DNA from: Catajapyx aquilonaris
Lineage: Eukaryota
Length of the DNA stretch: 64,000 nucleotides
Direction of reading: 5' to 3'
NCBI GenBank assembly: GCA_000934665.2
Contig: KZ538769.1
Span: forward strand, 62,001-126,000
Shown here: positions 1 through 13,540 of the stretch, one piece after another
Layout: the number at the start of each line of letters is the position of its first letter
How positions within the stretch are numbered: the stretch's first letter is position 1
Program-made: the position numbers and the translations under genes
The notes under the pieces: model-generated
What the model was told of the DNA's origin: nothing
What the model saw: the letters and a program-made list of their open reading frames with translations, nothing else
The model's database searches: none

Positions 1-1751
1 CAAGCGAGTCTCCTGAGTCGCTTGGTCACATTATGGAAGGAGTGTGTCGGCCTCTGCGAGTGCGCTTAGAACAGGCAATTGCAACAGAACGAGGTCCTGT
101 AATGCTCTACAGGGTGACCAACCTGCTCAGGTTCTACCATCGGACAATCTCAGGGGAGGTCCCGGTGGAGAGTGGTCTGGTGCTAACCCTCGGGGAGGTG
201 CAGCAAGAGTGCTTCGATGCATTCTTGTCAGCCTTGAGGGAGACCGTTTCCAGTTGTCTACACCAGGGGGTGCTGCCGGCCAATGATTTGTCAGCTGCGA
301 CAGGAGTGGGGCCTGTCATGAACGCTCTTAGAGATGTGCTGGCGGCTGCTGCAGTAGCGCAGGATCAGCACCAGGATTTTGCACAGGTTTTATGCACTTT
401 CAATAAATCTGACAGGCCACACCAAGATTTTCCTCAATTTTCCCTAGTTAATGTTTCTAAAAATGCTCACTCTCGAGGCAAACTCAGAGGTGTAACCAAA
501 TTCACGATGCGAGTCATTCACTTCAATCCGCGATCTCCTCAGATATTCCAAGCTGCAGTAGATCCCCTCCTGGAAGCAATCAATGAGAATACTGGCCGAT
601 TGAGCTCCACTGACATGGCTGTGTTCAGGCTCAATTGCCTCTACCAGATCCACTCAACCCTTTCGCTCTATGAATTCATGGAAGCACACCTGGAAAAGCT
701 GCAGGTAAATTTATATTGAATTCACCAAATGACAAGCTGCCACAAAACATTTCGATTCAGATTGGCATTGATATTTTCCACACAACCTAATGTACGAAAA
801 ACGAGAGAATGATCTGACGTCATCTTTTCCTCCATTGTTACGTTTTGTTGACACTGTTTTTACTCACATCGTTCTGTGATGGGATTTCCATGGAAACCTT
901 GATGACGTCGGATTGCTCTCTCATTTTCCGTGCATTATAATTATGACAAATTAACAAATGCCTGTCTCAAGTTCATGCCGTAGTGAGTGTGATCACAACT
1001 CCTTCCTTTCACAGACCCAAATGGAGAGCGAGATCAGCTGCGTCCTTACAGAGCAAGCAAACTGGCTGGATGCGCATTTGGGATTGGGAGCCATTTGCTC
1101 CGTGTTACAGGAGACAACAGAGCCGCTCTCCTCAGTTCCAGGAATGGAGGCACAGAATCTGAAGCTCCTCATTGTAAGTCCCACATGCCATGTTTCACAG
1201 GTCACTTTAGCAATATTGATAATCCAGACTGGTATTCAAATTATAAAATTTAATTTGCAAACACATATCAGCCTACAAACGGCTACACTGTGACCACAAT
1301 CAAAAACAAATAAAAGTTATGCTTTGGTCATTCAAACAAACGGAGAGGTGTACGTATTGTTTGGCGAAAATGGAAGTGCCAAACCATTGACCTTGAGATA
1401 TTTACACCAGACCCCTTAAACTTTTTAAACTTAAAAACCTCATAAATACTGAGCCAATGAAAAACTACTATCATCTTCATCAGCAATCTGAGAAATGGAA
1501 TTGACAAATTAATGCTTGGCGATCATTTTCCACAGAACAAGCTTGATGGATACTTGGCCAACCCAGAGGCCCTCCTCCTGCCGCAGAGTCGCCTCCTTCA
1601 GAGCCTGTCGCAACGGCGCTTGGTACAGAAGCATGCAACCGAGGTTGTTACAAACATCTACGGGCAGCTACATGATGCTGTTCATGACCCCAAGAATGCA
1701 TACCGTGACCCAGCTGGATTGGTCAAGAATGTCCCAACCCAAAATGAATGA
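1..1751 (+). CDS. COG6: Conserved oligomeric Golgi complex subunit 6, 3' part (5'-truncated by the window). Exons <1-386, 543-704, 1015-1173, 1536-1751
   Basis: Translation EGVCRPLRVRLEQ...LYRVTNLLRFYHRTI...VDPLL...MAVFRLNCLYQIHSTLSLYEF...LDGYLANP...IYGQLHDAVHDPKNAY matches the COG6 C-terminal half. All three introns are GT-AG in phase 0. AATAAA overlaps the stop (1751-1756). Confidence 0.9.
788..938. mobile_element. Small foldback MITE in a COG6 intron
   Basis: Imperfect inverted repeats TAATGTACGAAAAACGAGAGAATGATCTGACGTCATC / GATGACGTCGGATTGCTCTCTCATTTTCCGTGCATTA. Confidence 0.55.
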
Positions 1752-2092
1752 ATAAATTCACAAATATTAAGTATGTTCGCTGCACAAACAAATATCCTCT
1801 TCTTTCATTCTCCTTGCGATAAAACTTGAAATGCCTTTTGCCTGTTTGGCATTAGTAGGAAATACCAGGATGTGGAACACACTGGATTAGCTTTTAAAAA
1901 TAGGGAAATCCTCAGGTACGATGGCATGACTAATACTCATCAACACAATGTTGGGAAAAGATGATCGAGGAGAGTCGATAATGATCATGTTACGTACAAC
2001 CCCGAGGAAGCGTTGTGGTACTAGGCACTGGCAAACAGGCACTTCAGTCTTATGATCCTACCTGGCAAAGCAATGGGTTTAGCATTGCACTC

Positions 2093-5000
2093 TTACACAA
2101 CAACTGAAGTAAGCCTGTTGACTATTGACACATACTCTTCTTTCTCCTGGTCACTGAAATGCTGCCAGATGGTTTCTGCTTCAGTCGAGTTCTGGCGCAA
2201 TTTGTGCAATAACTGCGGAACACGCTTGTCTGGTGCATTCTTCACCTCCTTTGATGGTAGCACAAATGAACCGCTTCCAAGCGCAAGAGTCTTTCTAAAT
2301 GGAGGGACACATGGATACTTCACCCGCTGCACGTACTTTGCCACCTTTCCCTTCACTGCATTATCACGCACTGCATCTTTGATCACCGCAGTATGGGCAG
2401 TGGCACGTGAAAAGGCTTCAAGTGCTTCAATTGCTGCCTCTTGAACCAAAGGGTCAGGGTCACCAAGTAAGGTTGCAAACATGTCAGAAAGGCACCTCAG
2501 CAAATGAAGTTGATCCTCCCATGGTGGAAAACTAATTCCCGAAGTGTCCTTCAGGAGGAAGGTGGACGACACTTTGCAGATTCGATCCAGAAAACGAAGA
2601 CATGATGACAGCTTCATTACTACCTGAAAGTGTACAACAATGACAGTGAAAGTATCGTGATCCAGCCCAATATACAAAATGTCCCACAAATGGTATGCCA
2701 AGTTTGTATGCACATATAATTATTATTAACAGTGTAAGGCACTGTCAAAATTTATATTAGTTGCATATAAACAGAAACAATGCCTGAAGCAATTTTTACA
2801 AGTTGCAATAGTTATATTTTAGAGAGATTGGCCCTAGTTTTAGGGGCCCTGTACTTGTCCTATGATCCAATCCCGTTTACATTTACAGTAAGCTTAAACC
2901 TACTTCGAGTGCAGTACAATGCTAGAAAGACTGAGTCACCTGGAAAAACTGGACAGCTGTGAGATGTGGCAGGGCCATCCTGGTCGCTTGAATCATCATA
3001 TTGATCGTTCTGTGCCCATCCTTTTCGCTGGCTCTTTGAACCCTCAGTCTTCCCCACGTCCGCACCAACTCCCTGGCAATATCTTCATCTGTGACGACCA
3101 CGGCTGCCTTCAAGAACAATGGCAAGGACTCGAGTCTGTTGGCATACCCGAGAGCCAACTGCTTGACTTCCTGTTCTACCACATTCCTCTGGACTGCATC
3201 CAGCATGTTAAATCCAGTCACATGCCAGATGTGGACAAAGTCCCGGGGTGGGAACAGTTCTAGAAATTTTTCTTTATCCTCATCAGACAAGAACATGAGG
3301 ATGCGACGGAGAAGTTTGCTAACATGTATGAATGTCAAGGTTAAATTGCTCTCTCCTTGATCCTGAATCCATCTTGCCAGGATGCTGGCATGTTGAAGGC
3401 ACATGCTTGATGATCCATACCTACAAGTAATGAGTAAAATCCTCCATTTTTGCTACTTAATAATATTCGTATATCATGCATAATTTCCAGACATCATTCC
3501 AGTAGGTGAAAGGAATATCCTCCTCGCATTACTGTGCCTTTCCTGCTATTAGGAGAATAAATACTGCAATATCTTTCATCATGCCTCCCTACCTCGCAAT
3601 AAAACACCAGACATCCATTGCAAGAGTGGCATTCCAGAGATGTGGTTGTGTCAAGTTATCCAAGAGAACCTTCTCCAGGACACTGAATTCTCTGGCATCC
3701 AGTGTGGCAGCCAGTCCAGATAATCTGGTGCACACATTCTCATACATGCTCACCATTGGACGAGGCTTGCCTGGAGGCATTACTCCAGGGAGCTGCAAGT
3801 CTGCACATAGCTCACTGCGACCTAATGGGGAGGGGAGAAAAAATTGTTACAAAAATTAAGTGTATTATGTACATGCATTCCAAAATTGCTTCCATGTAAC
3901 TAAAGCGACAATGTGTGCATCATTACTGGTGAAACTCACATTTGGCAACAACAATGAACATTAATTCAATGAAGTTATCCTGCAAAATCCATGGTTGCCT
4001 TTGCTCGGGATAAAGGGAAGTCAGCCTGCTGAGAATAATAAGCATCAATTCACAAGTTGCGAAATTTAGCTCCTGCTTCTGGTTAGCAGCCTTGGAAAAG
4101 ATGGCCTGCCGGAACTCCTCTTGATCAGCAAATGTTTCCAAAAGGGCATATGTTCCAGCGCTCATGGAATCAAGTGCTGCTGCATAGTTTGCATCCTGCC
4201 TCTTGGATGATCCAAACCTGCAATTTAAAATTAAATGTGGTATTGTCGGATTCAAAGCTTGACGGAGTTCCTGGGTTTTCCCCAACCACCCAAATCCTCC
4301 AGCCCCGACTCCATCACATTTTGGAGGGTTGGGGTTGGGTTGGGAGGATTAGGGTGGTTGGGAAAAACCCAGGAACTCCGTCAAGCTTTGAATCAGACAA
4401 TACAGATACCAGTATATGTGTGTCAACATGTAATGCACGCTGGGTTTCCTATCTGTCCAATGCCTGAATGAAAGACGTTCAAACTCATACCACATGATCA
4501 ATGTTGGGTAAACGACATTGGCATTGGACATATCAACCACTGTTTGTGAAATATGTGATAGTAACAATGTTCCTTCAAATTACATTAATTTAGGACAGAC
4601 CCATGACATGCAATCACAGCAGTGTCACCTATGCATGGAGGCAACCAATACTTCCTTTGTAGCAGTATCAAGCGTACCAGTTAAAATTATTTGGGATTAA
4701 ATAAATTTGTACTAGTTACCTATTCAGCTGTAGTAACAAGTCAATTAAACTGGGTAAGTTCTGCGACGGGAGATAATCTTGAAACAACTGGCAGAGAGCA
4801 ACAGCAATCTTGAGGCTAAAGTTGGCAATCTTGGCGTCAGCTACAGCAGCCTTCACAGAGTCATTGGGTGAATTTAGACGTAGGGCTATGTCCTCAGAGA
4901 GTAGCTGCAAAGTTGGGCTCACATCAAGGACTGATTTCAGGTCCTCACTGTACCGCTTGATGATAGCAATGAAGGATTTCCATAATTGGCTCATGCTTTT

Positions 5001-8000
5001 GACATCTAGACGCATCATGGCCCCACCAATCTGGCTCAAGGTCTTGCATACTGAAAAGATTTATGGTAAAAAAGGAATAAATGTCAAACTCTTCAATGTG
5101 GAACCTAACACAAGGATAATGTGTGCAGGGTTTAGAAGGTTCATACTTTCAGATTTAACCACCTTGCACATTTATAAGCCATTGAGAACCTCTTTGCTGA
5201 AAGATGTCAAGTTGACATGGATTTGCCCACATAGGGATTCACAAAAGGTAATCAGAAATTTACTTCATTAATCATAAATTAATGTCACTTGATGCAACCA
5301 TCCTTACAACCAAGAAGAAGTGAGAATCTTTTGCAACACTCTGTAGAGTGGAAGCACCCAAAGAAGTGTCAGTCAGTTTTACTGCTCAGTGCTGGGCTCT
5401 GTAAGGCATACCTTGGATGAGGAGCTCCATGTCATCCTCAAAGGAACAGTTGAACGTAACTTTTTCCAAAACATCCAGTAAGCTTGCTTGAAGGACTTGA
5501 CATTTGCCAAACAGATTTCTGATCAAGTCTTCAAGTCCTGCATACATATCCACACTGAAAGAAAACAGAGCCAAAAGTAAACAGATGAATAAAGCCAGCT
5601 TCCAAAAGTGAACAATAACACATAATATACCCAGGGCTGGAACTGGGTTTTGCCATATAAAATGTGATTTTACAGACTTTTGGGGCAAAATTACTGACCA
5701 TTATTTACTGCCCTTGGAACTAGGTTTTAATCAACTATATACCACAAAATATGAGCAGGTGGCTGTCAAAAGCGGCCATCTTCATTTTTATGAGTTTTTG
5801 AATTGGCACTGCCATTATTTTAATTCTTCAAATAAAGGTGCATCTATAATGTGTCAAAGAGGTGGTTTGAAATGCGATTTCTTGGGATCATTAACAAAAG
5901 GAGGGGAAATGTGGTCAAAGCCAGCTATCTTCGTATTGCATCGTTCCAGATGGAGGACATGTACAGGGTGTTCCAGATTCGCTGGTCACTTTTTGATAAC
6001 TGATATCACCCAACAGCAGTTACTTTTTGTAGCTAGTGCCCCTAACCATGTAATCCATCCTATATCAGTAGTTACAGAATGGAGCACACGGTTAGGGGCA
6101 CAACAAGCTACAAAAAATAACTGTTATTGCCTTATTGGGCAATATCAGTTATCAAAAAATGACCCACGAATCTGGAACACCCTGTATACCTCTTATGACT
6201 TACTTCTGATCCGGCTATAGTGTGTAAAACACAATTACAAAAAACTATTTTTAGGAAAAGTTCCAAAGCAGCATGATCAACAATTTGTCAATAAACTTTC
6301 AAGGAAAATAATGCTGCCCTCAAAAATGTCTTAACAGCCAATTACATACATGGGTGAAGATTCCAAAGAAAAGGCTTCATGATGTTAATTTTCGCGATTA
6401 TAACATTTTACAGCCAAAGGATTTCTGAAACTCTGCCTCAATTTGCCAAGAAAACTTTAAGAAGAAGTTATTGAGGTATGTTATGATGGCATCGGCAAAA
6501 AGCCTCTGGCCAATAGCCTACAGTGTGTAAATTATTATAGCTATGCAGACAGATCTGTCTTTCCACATTAGATTTACACTAATGCAACACTAAATAATGG
6601 CAAATTGTTAGTCAACACTCGGCCCTAATTTGAAAGAATATTACCTCTCACGGCAGTGATTGACAGCAGTAAGAAGGATGTGTGGGCCCCACCTGGCCAA
6701 GCTGCTAATTTGGACTGCTGCCAATTCTGAGAATTTCGATGCATATCTGCAGCAGGATTCCACACTCTGCAGGAGGACATACATCACCTCGACCACAGCA
6801 CTGACAGAGTCTGAATCCATTTCTTCTTCAGTGCCAAGATACATGTTCACTTCTGCAACTGCCTGCAAGGTAAAGAAGCAGCCTAAATAAAGCCAGCATG
6901 TCGTGCAGAGTACTACTTATTTTTAGAAGTATCTTGGCAAAATGTGCTGCACAGTCACAAAGTATGCACAACTAATTAATATCAGTGTTTTATCATTATT
7001 AATCAATTACAGGACATGGTGTTCTTTCCCCAAAATGAAAAGCAGTTCACATGTACAGGAAGTCACCGGTCTAGAAACAGGGATACGTTCCTGAAAATGT
7101 CCCCATGCCGGATTTGCGCGTAACTCGAATCCCTGAGGAACAGAGCATGTATGCAGCATAAAGATGCTGCTGCAAGGAACCGCTTACCCCATGTGTTTGC
7201 TTACAGGTGCAGAAGTAGTAGTTTCCCAATTATTTATTAATTATACAGTATTTATGATGAACTTGGTGTCGGTAAACGTATGCAGAAGTGATTTAAAGTG
7301 GAGAAATCATTACAAATAATTCTTATGCAGAGCTTAGGGAGCTCTTTTGTAAGTACAGATCGCTGTAAGTCAGGTCATTTGTAAACCGGGGACTTCCTGT
7401 ATTGATATCTTCCACTGAATAGCACTAAATACATATTCTCAAGAAACTTGACCACGTGCACATTCCGATAATGGCACTTACATGTTTCTAACAGAATTCA
7501 ATCAAAATTGTTGCTTCAAGATCATAATTATATCTTGAAGCAACAATTTTGATTTCATTATGTTTGGTGATGAACATGTCATAATTATTATGACATGTTC
7601 ATCACCAAACATCACTCAGCTATTATTATTCATGGTTTACAGACCTGTTCAAAAAGCTGGGCCAATGAAGCCAGTCCACGGCGAAGGACCTTTTCCTCCG
7701 CCTCCTCGATGGCAATGTGGTGCAAGCAGATCTCGAAGAGGGTCTGTATCACCTGAACCTTCACATCCTCATTCCCCTCTTGCTCCAAAAATTCGTGCTC
7801 CCATGTTAAGGAAACTCGGAACAACTGTGTCACCCCTATTTTGTCCCCAAAATTAGTCAAGCCGTCTCACAAATGCATCTTCTCACCATCTTGTAGATCA
7901 AAATACAGTAAAACTTCCATAAGTCAAAGTTCTCTACAAGTCGAAGAAAATGATGAGCTTGGTTGGTCGCAATGTAAAAGAATAGGAAATAAACTTCCCT

Positions 8001-8849
8001 AACTCAAATTTCTATAACTCGAAGTACTCCATAACTTGAGGTGCTGGCAGGGCCTTACGACGGGATATCAATGCATTTTCAGTCTCCCTAAGTCGAAGTT
8101 CATGTTGGCGAGTACGGAACATTTTCCCATTTCCCAGCCGAAGGGTCGAGAGTAGGCCACATGTACAGAAAGGCTCAATTTCCTGATCTCCGTCTACCAG
8201 ATGTACCAAAAGAAGTGTTTGACTCGATTGTGACAATTATGGAATCCTTGACTCTAAAAGTAGGCAAATGTCCATAACGGAGATTTCTTTACAACAAAAC
8301 GAGGAACATTGTAAGTCTGATAGTGATAGTTATTTTTAAGTTTTGAACACCTTTTGTCGCTGGATATAAAGGCAGGCTTCCTTATCGAGTTCTGTGCTTA
8401 AAAATAGCCAAACTTCTCTCACTCGAATCTTCTATAACTCCCAAGTTTTTCCCCGGTCCCATGGAGATTCGACTTATAGAAGTTTTACTGTATTAAAACT
8501 TTCCATGTGGTTTGACCAGCATTTTTAAAACTCACATTTCTGATAGTTTGGGGAAGATGTCTTCCTGTTGATAAGCATACCACCAGTGGGTTCTAGGGCC
8601 TGTGTAATACACCCTGCAATTTGCGTACTTTTTACCAGTCAGAACTCTCTCTGATTTATATTATGACTATTATCTGCAGAGTGGACGCCCGTCTTTTTCG
8701 ACACGAATGATAATAATTATAATATTAGAACAAGAAAAGGATATGAGTAGTGGCGGGCAGATGCCGGGCGCTCTCTCCTTGGCCTCTCCCTCGCCCCAGC
8801 CATGCACCCGGCTGACCAGGTCGCACACCGTGTTCTGGCTGCTGCTCAT
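2093..8849 (-). CDS. FIRRM: FIRRM/C1orf112 (FIGNL1-interacting protein), ~821 aa. Exons 8849-8745, 7794-7645, 6862-6645, 5554-5412, 5050-4720, 4217-3940, 3821-3593, 3420-2940, 2623-2093
   Basis: The spliced ORF is open with consistent phases. Motifs LAMDVWCFIARYGSSSMCLQH, SMYENVCTRL, LSDMFATLLGD..LVQEAAIEALEAF and HCRESVDMYAG resemble human C1orf112 (LAMDAWCFLARYGTAELCAHH etc.). The first intron is U12 AT-AC. Confidence 0.88.
4240..4403. mobile_element. Palindromic foldback element in a FIRRM intron
   Basis: Near-perfect ~60-bp inverted arms GTATTGTCGGATTCAAAGCTTGACGGAGTTCCTGGGTTTT.../...AAAACCCAGGAACTCCGTCAAGCTTTGAATCAGACAATAC. Confidence 0.7.
5964..6184. mobile_element. Tc1/mariner-type MITE
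   Basis: TIRs CAGGGTGTTCCAGATTCG.../...CGAATCTGGAACACCCTG flanked by TA on both sides. Confidence 0.8.
7056..7399. mobile_element. pogo/Tigger-like MITE
   Basis: TA-CAGGAAGTCACCGGTCTAGAAA ... TTTGTAAACCGGGGACTTCCTG-TA: imperfect TIRs with TA target duplication. Confidence 0.65.
7795..8744 (-). other. U12-type (minor spliceosome) AT-AC intron, FIRRM intron 1
   Basis: 5' splice site ATATCCTTTT at 8744-8735. Branch site TTTCCTTAAC at 7814-7805. Terminal AC 10 nt downstream at 7796-7795. Splicing joins PPLL|EFLEQ in phase 0. Confidence 0.9.
7906..8490. mobile_element. pogo/Tc1-like MITE inside the U12 intron
   Basis: TA-CAGTAAAACTTCCATAAGTCAAA ... TTCGACTTATAGAAGTTTTACTG-TA. Confidence 0.75.
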
Positions 8850-11799
8850 GGCTGCCTAGGGGCGGCCCCGGGTCCGGCCTCGGGGCGGGGACAGAAGCCT
8901 CCCAAGTGAAGAACGAACGAACGAACGAAGCTGCCCGCGGTGGGAAATCCCTTTTATTCTTCCTCCTGCCCACTACCCGTGTTCGACGTGCCATCGAGTC
9001 CCTACTCCATGTGCTGTGACACGCAGCGCCATCTCTGGACCGGAAAGTGGAAGCTTCGCATGGCGGCCGTTTCAAAATGAGTTGAAAGAGTGGAGTGCAG
9101 CATCAGGCTATCATATAACCTCCCGGTTGGAAAAATTCTCTTTCAGTCCAATAATTCAATGCACCATCAACAAGCTGGGATGATTCAAGTAATTACATCA
9201 AATATCCAAGTGGCGCTACAACTTGTTTTATTTGTGAATCTAGCAAAGGGGTACAAAAATACCTCATTTCAATCACTTTCAGTCCAACTGAATAAGCCAC
9301 ATACGGACAATGTGGGACTTCTACAAACAGCAATCAAATCAAAAAACATATGTGGCAGCACATGAAACTTAGCAATCTAGAAAACCACCTCCTTCCCTTC
9401 CTCCCTATCACTTTCAGTCCAACTAAATAAGCCCCGTACAGACGGTGTGGGACACCGAGAGTATAATTACATAAAAAATTAATGTGGCTGTGCATTACAG
9501 ATTTACATGTGAACCTTCTTAATCTAGCAAATATGCATGATGAAATCACCTCTCACAATCACTCTCAATCCTCCTGAAGCAGCTACAAGGTCACAACTAG
9601 GGAGGACTACTAAAATGGACATAACAACCTATGGCTATTTCAGCCTGCTATGCAGGGTAATCCTGTCCCAAAATTGATGACGGCAACAGCTGATGATCAG
9701 GAGAGGTCATGAATTAGTCACTCCTGGTGAGCAAAGTCTGTGACTAAGGTGAGAGGATACTGGAGAATACCCAAACCGACCGGGACTGATGTACAAGTGT
9801 GGCCTAGGAGTGACAAGTCCATCAATTCTATTGAACATCAGCTGGCAGCAATGTCAGCTTGGGCAGAGGAACACCTCCATACATACAAACATTACACATA
9901 TGAAACTTTCTTCATCTGGCAAGCCAAAGAAAATATTCCTTTCAATCACTTTCAATCCAACTGAAAAGGCCTCAGGTCCCCAAGCAGGAATGATTAGTAT
10001 TGCAGCTACAACATAAGGCTACAGTCATGTCTCTGCATCTTGTTATGTAGTACATTACATGATTTCAACCTTGCAAACCTCCCCATCTCCGTCCTTATGG
10101 GCACAACCAAAGGACCATGAAACAGAATGGCTGCACTAATAATTACAACCTAATCCTACAAGCGTGCAGCTTGTTATGTACATTATATGATTTCAACCTT
10201 GCAAACATGAACTTCCTTATGGTCACAACCAAAGGACCATTAGATAGGATAACTACACTAATTATTGCTAATTACTGTACAACCTAATCCTACAAGCAGT
10301 GCAGCTTGTTATGTACATTATAGGATTTCAACCTTGCAAACATGAACTTCCTTATGGTCACAACCAAAGGACCATTAGATAGGATAACTACACTAATTAT
10401 TGCTAATTACTGTACAACCTAATCCTACAAGCAGTGCAGCTTGTTATGTACATTTTAACTTTCTCACTCTGACCAACTTTAACTCTTCATCCAGTTGCCG
10501 TCAATCCAAAGGGTACAACCAGAGGACCATAAGACAGGATGACTACACTAATTAGTAATTACCACTAATCACTGTACAACCTAATCCTACAAGCAGTGCA
10601 GCTTGTTATGTACATTTTAGCTTCCCGATGCTGTATTTAACTCTTTATCCAATTACTTTCAATCTCATGGGTATAACCAAAAGATCATAAGCCAGGATGA
10701 GGAAACAAGCTACAACCTAATCATACAAGCCGAGCAGCTTGTTATGTACATTTAAAATTTCTCAAACTTGCAAACCTCACAATATTCACCTAATTACTTT
10801 AAATCCAAATGAATTGATACAACCAGAGGACCATAAGCCAGGATGACAACGCTACAGGTAGTACCTATTTTACGCCATTTCACATTAACACAGGTTTCCA
10901 AGTGACCTTTAAACAAAATTTTAATCGAATAATTTTGATACATTTGAAAAACAAAACAATATCAGCAACAACAAACACTGCAACGCATGTGAACCCAAAC
11001 ACAAAATATAGGCCCCTTTTTTTTTTACTTTGTGGTGCATTGTGGCAGGATGTAGATATACACTGTATGTATGTACAATTCTGTGTCATTGGTCCCTGCC
11101 CTCCTCAAAGTACTGCATTCATTGTTACAATGCACTATGTGCACAGCAACTCTTGACAATGAAGGGAAAGGTACCCTCAGGGGGACTTCCCATTAAACAA
11201 GTGCATTAAATGTTTCAAATATTCAACTTTGAAAGAAGCAATTTTTCTACTGTCTGTGGGAAATTGTTAGAAATTTTGGAACCTATTTACTCAGATTATA
11301 ATTTATCAGTCGAATGAGATGGCTAGGTTGCGTGACCTGGTCCATCGCTGGCTACCCCACCATGGGACAATGCCATGATGAATGTACGGTATGTATAATG
11401 TTGTCTCGTTTTACACTGATTCACATTATGCTGCTGTGTTGCCAGAAACAATCCAAGGCATAAAACAGGTATTACCTGTAAGTACCACCTAATCCAACAA
11501 GCAGTGCAGCTTGTTATGGACATTAAACTCTCTCAACCTTGCAAATCTAAAATTTTCATCCAGTTACTTTCAATCCAATGGGTACAACTACACAACCAAA
11601 AGCTATGATGACTACAATAGTTAAAACATTATCCTAAAAGCAATGCAGCCTGTTATGTACATTGATTTCTCTCAATCTGGCAATGATCTCCATCTTCATC
11701 CAATTACTTTCAATCCAATGGATTCAACCAAAGGACCATAAGCCAGGATGACTACACTATTTACAACCTAACCCAGGGCTACTCAACTGGCAGACAGTG

Positions 11800-11958
11800 C
11801 TGCCGTCAGATGTAAGAAGACCGTAACTCAAAAACTAGTAAGGGTGAAAGTCGCATGCATGCCCTGCACTAATCCCCCCTGACTCAGAGTGGAGGGCATG
11901 CATGCGACTTTCACCCTTACTAGTTTTTGAGTTACGGTCTTCTTACATCTGACGGCAG
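11800..11958. mobile_element. Foldback element with perfect 66-bp arms
   Basis: 11800-11865 is the exact reverse complement of 11893-11958. A diverged relative lies at 23730-23821. Confidence 0.75.
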
Positions 11959-12596
11959 AGTGGTCCAGATCCAGACCCTTAAACAAGTTGTCTGGCCTGC
12001 GTCTATTTCCACATAATAAAGGAAAGATAAACAAATAAGTGCAATGCCTGAACATTCTGTATGGCTTCCTGTCTAAAATCTGCTGGAATTCAAGGGGTTT
12101 CCAGGTAGCCCCCACATCATGGTAAGAGACGCCTTGCCACATCGGATCTAGTAGCATTAACTGCCTGGGTTCAGAACAGAAGCTCAATGAATCATGGTGA
12201 TTTATTTTCGTCCTGCCATTGATCCCAGCCAGCTTTTGGTAGCAATCTCTCATTCAGTTGGGTCCTTACAAAGTGAGCAAATGCAATGGTGTTGTGCATT
12301 GTGCCCTATGCTAATGTGGACCACAGAAAAAGAGGTTATTATAAAACCGAGAGAGTATTCACTAGTGAGACAAGTGAAGCCATATCAAATGATGGTAACG
12401 GAAGAAAAGTGGATGCCAAAAAAACATCAAATTTCAACCGAATTCCTGGGAGACTAACTTTGTGTTTTCTGACTATTCGGGCCAAGAGCAACGTAGATTA
12501 CACCAAGGGACCATCTCTAATCAAGAGCAGAAAGGATATCTTCCAGGAATAATTTTGCACTGGCTCACAAGAATTTTTATTGGATGTTGCTCCTAA

Positions 12597-12960
12597 CAGG
12601 GTTCAAAATTAGCAGTTGCCAGTCACATTTCTTCACTTAACATTATCAATTGGTGATCGAAGTGAGATATCTAGTCATCACTTTTGGTGACTACCTTTTT
12701 CCTCCCAAAATTGCATTTCTGTCAATAAAAAAATATTATTGCTAAGATTCTGGTCACATATTTTTTTGTTTCCGGCTGAAGCTGTTGGTGACTCTGTGGT
12801 GTTTGTGGCGCTCAGTTAACAATTAATATTTAAACTGTAACATACCGTAATGTTTAAAACAAGAATGGTGACAAGACATTCAGTTTTGGTGACCACACCT
12901 GGGTTTTAAGATGCTACTTGGTGACCTGCTTATATGTCTCACTGTCAGTTTCAAACACTG
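12597..12960. mobile_element. hAT-type MITE
   Basis: Ends CAGGGTTCAAAA / TTTCAAACACTG with an 8-bp target duplication GCTCCTAA (12589-12596 and 12961-12968). Confidence 0.8.
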
Positions 12961-13007
12961 GCTCCTAATAACATCTGACAAAAAAGTGAATGTGTAAGAA
13001 TATGACC

Positions 13008-13420
13008 TTTGAATAGTGACAACCTGGGCTTGAGAGTCGAAAATTTGCCATTTTTCCATATTTGAAATTGCCATGGAAGGCTCTAGGAACCAGCCAGAAC
13101 TCGTGTTTTAATTTTTATTTGCAACAATGGTAGATGAAGGCCAATTTTTTGAGTCACTTATTGTTCAAAGTGACATTAATTATATCAATATGGTTGACCA
13201 ATGTAACTGTATACCTTAAATGGGGTGTTGCAATCAGGAATTATGCACAGGGACATTTCAAATTTTATCAAAATTATCACTTCTGAACAAATGGCTACTC
13301 AAAAAATCAGTCATCTATCATTGTCATCAAAATAAAATTTCTTGAAGGTTCCTAGGACCATTTCAAATAAAACATTGCAAATAAAGAATCAATATCAAGA
13401 CCAGGTTTTCACTACTTAAA
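13008..13420. mobile_element. Degenerate TIR element (possibly Kolobok/TTAA-type MITE)
   Basis: TTTGAATAGTGACAACCTGGGCTTGA versus TCAAGACCAGGTTTTCACTACTTAAA inverted ends. Confidence 0.5.
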
Positions 13421-13540
13421 GAACAAAGCAGTTTCACTCTCATCAAATATTTTTAAAGAACAACATTTAATAAAAATTATCGCAGGCCATTGCAAAATCA
13501 ATCTTAGAAAACGTCCTTTGAAGCAACATTTTATGACTAA

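Noticed and set aside
8536..8613. GT-AG exon in FIRRM intron 1 paired with an acceptor at 7835
   Set aside because: No recognisable homology. The AT-AC model has exact U12 signals and gives the conserved N-terminus.
10292..10310. Iron-responsive element (CAGUGC loop) in array units
   Set aside because: Two extra bases follow the hexaloop, and there is no proper bulged-C lower stem.
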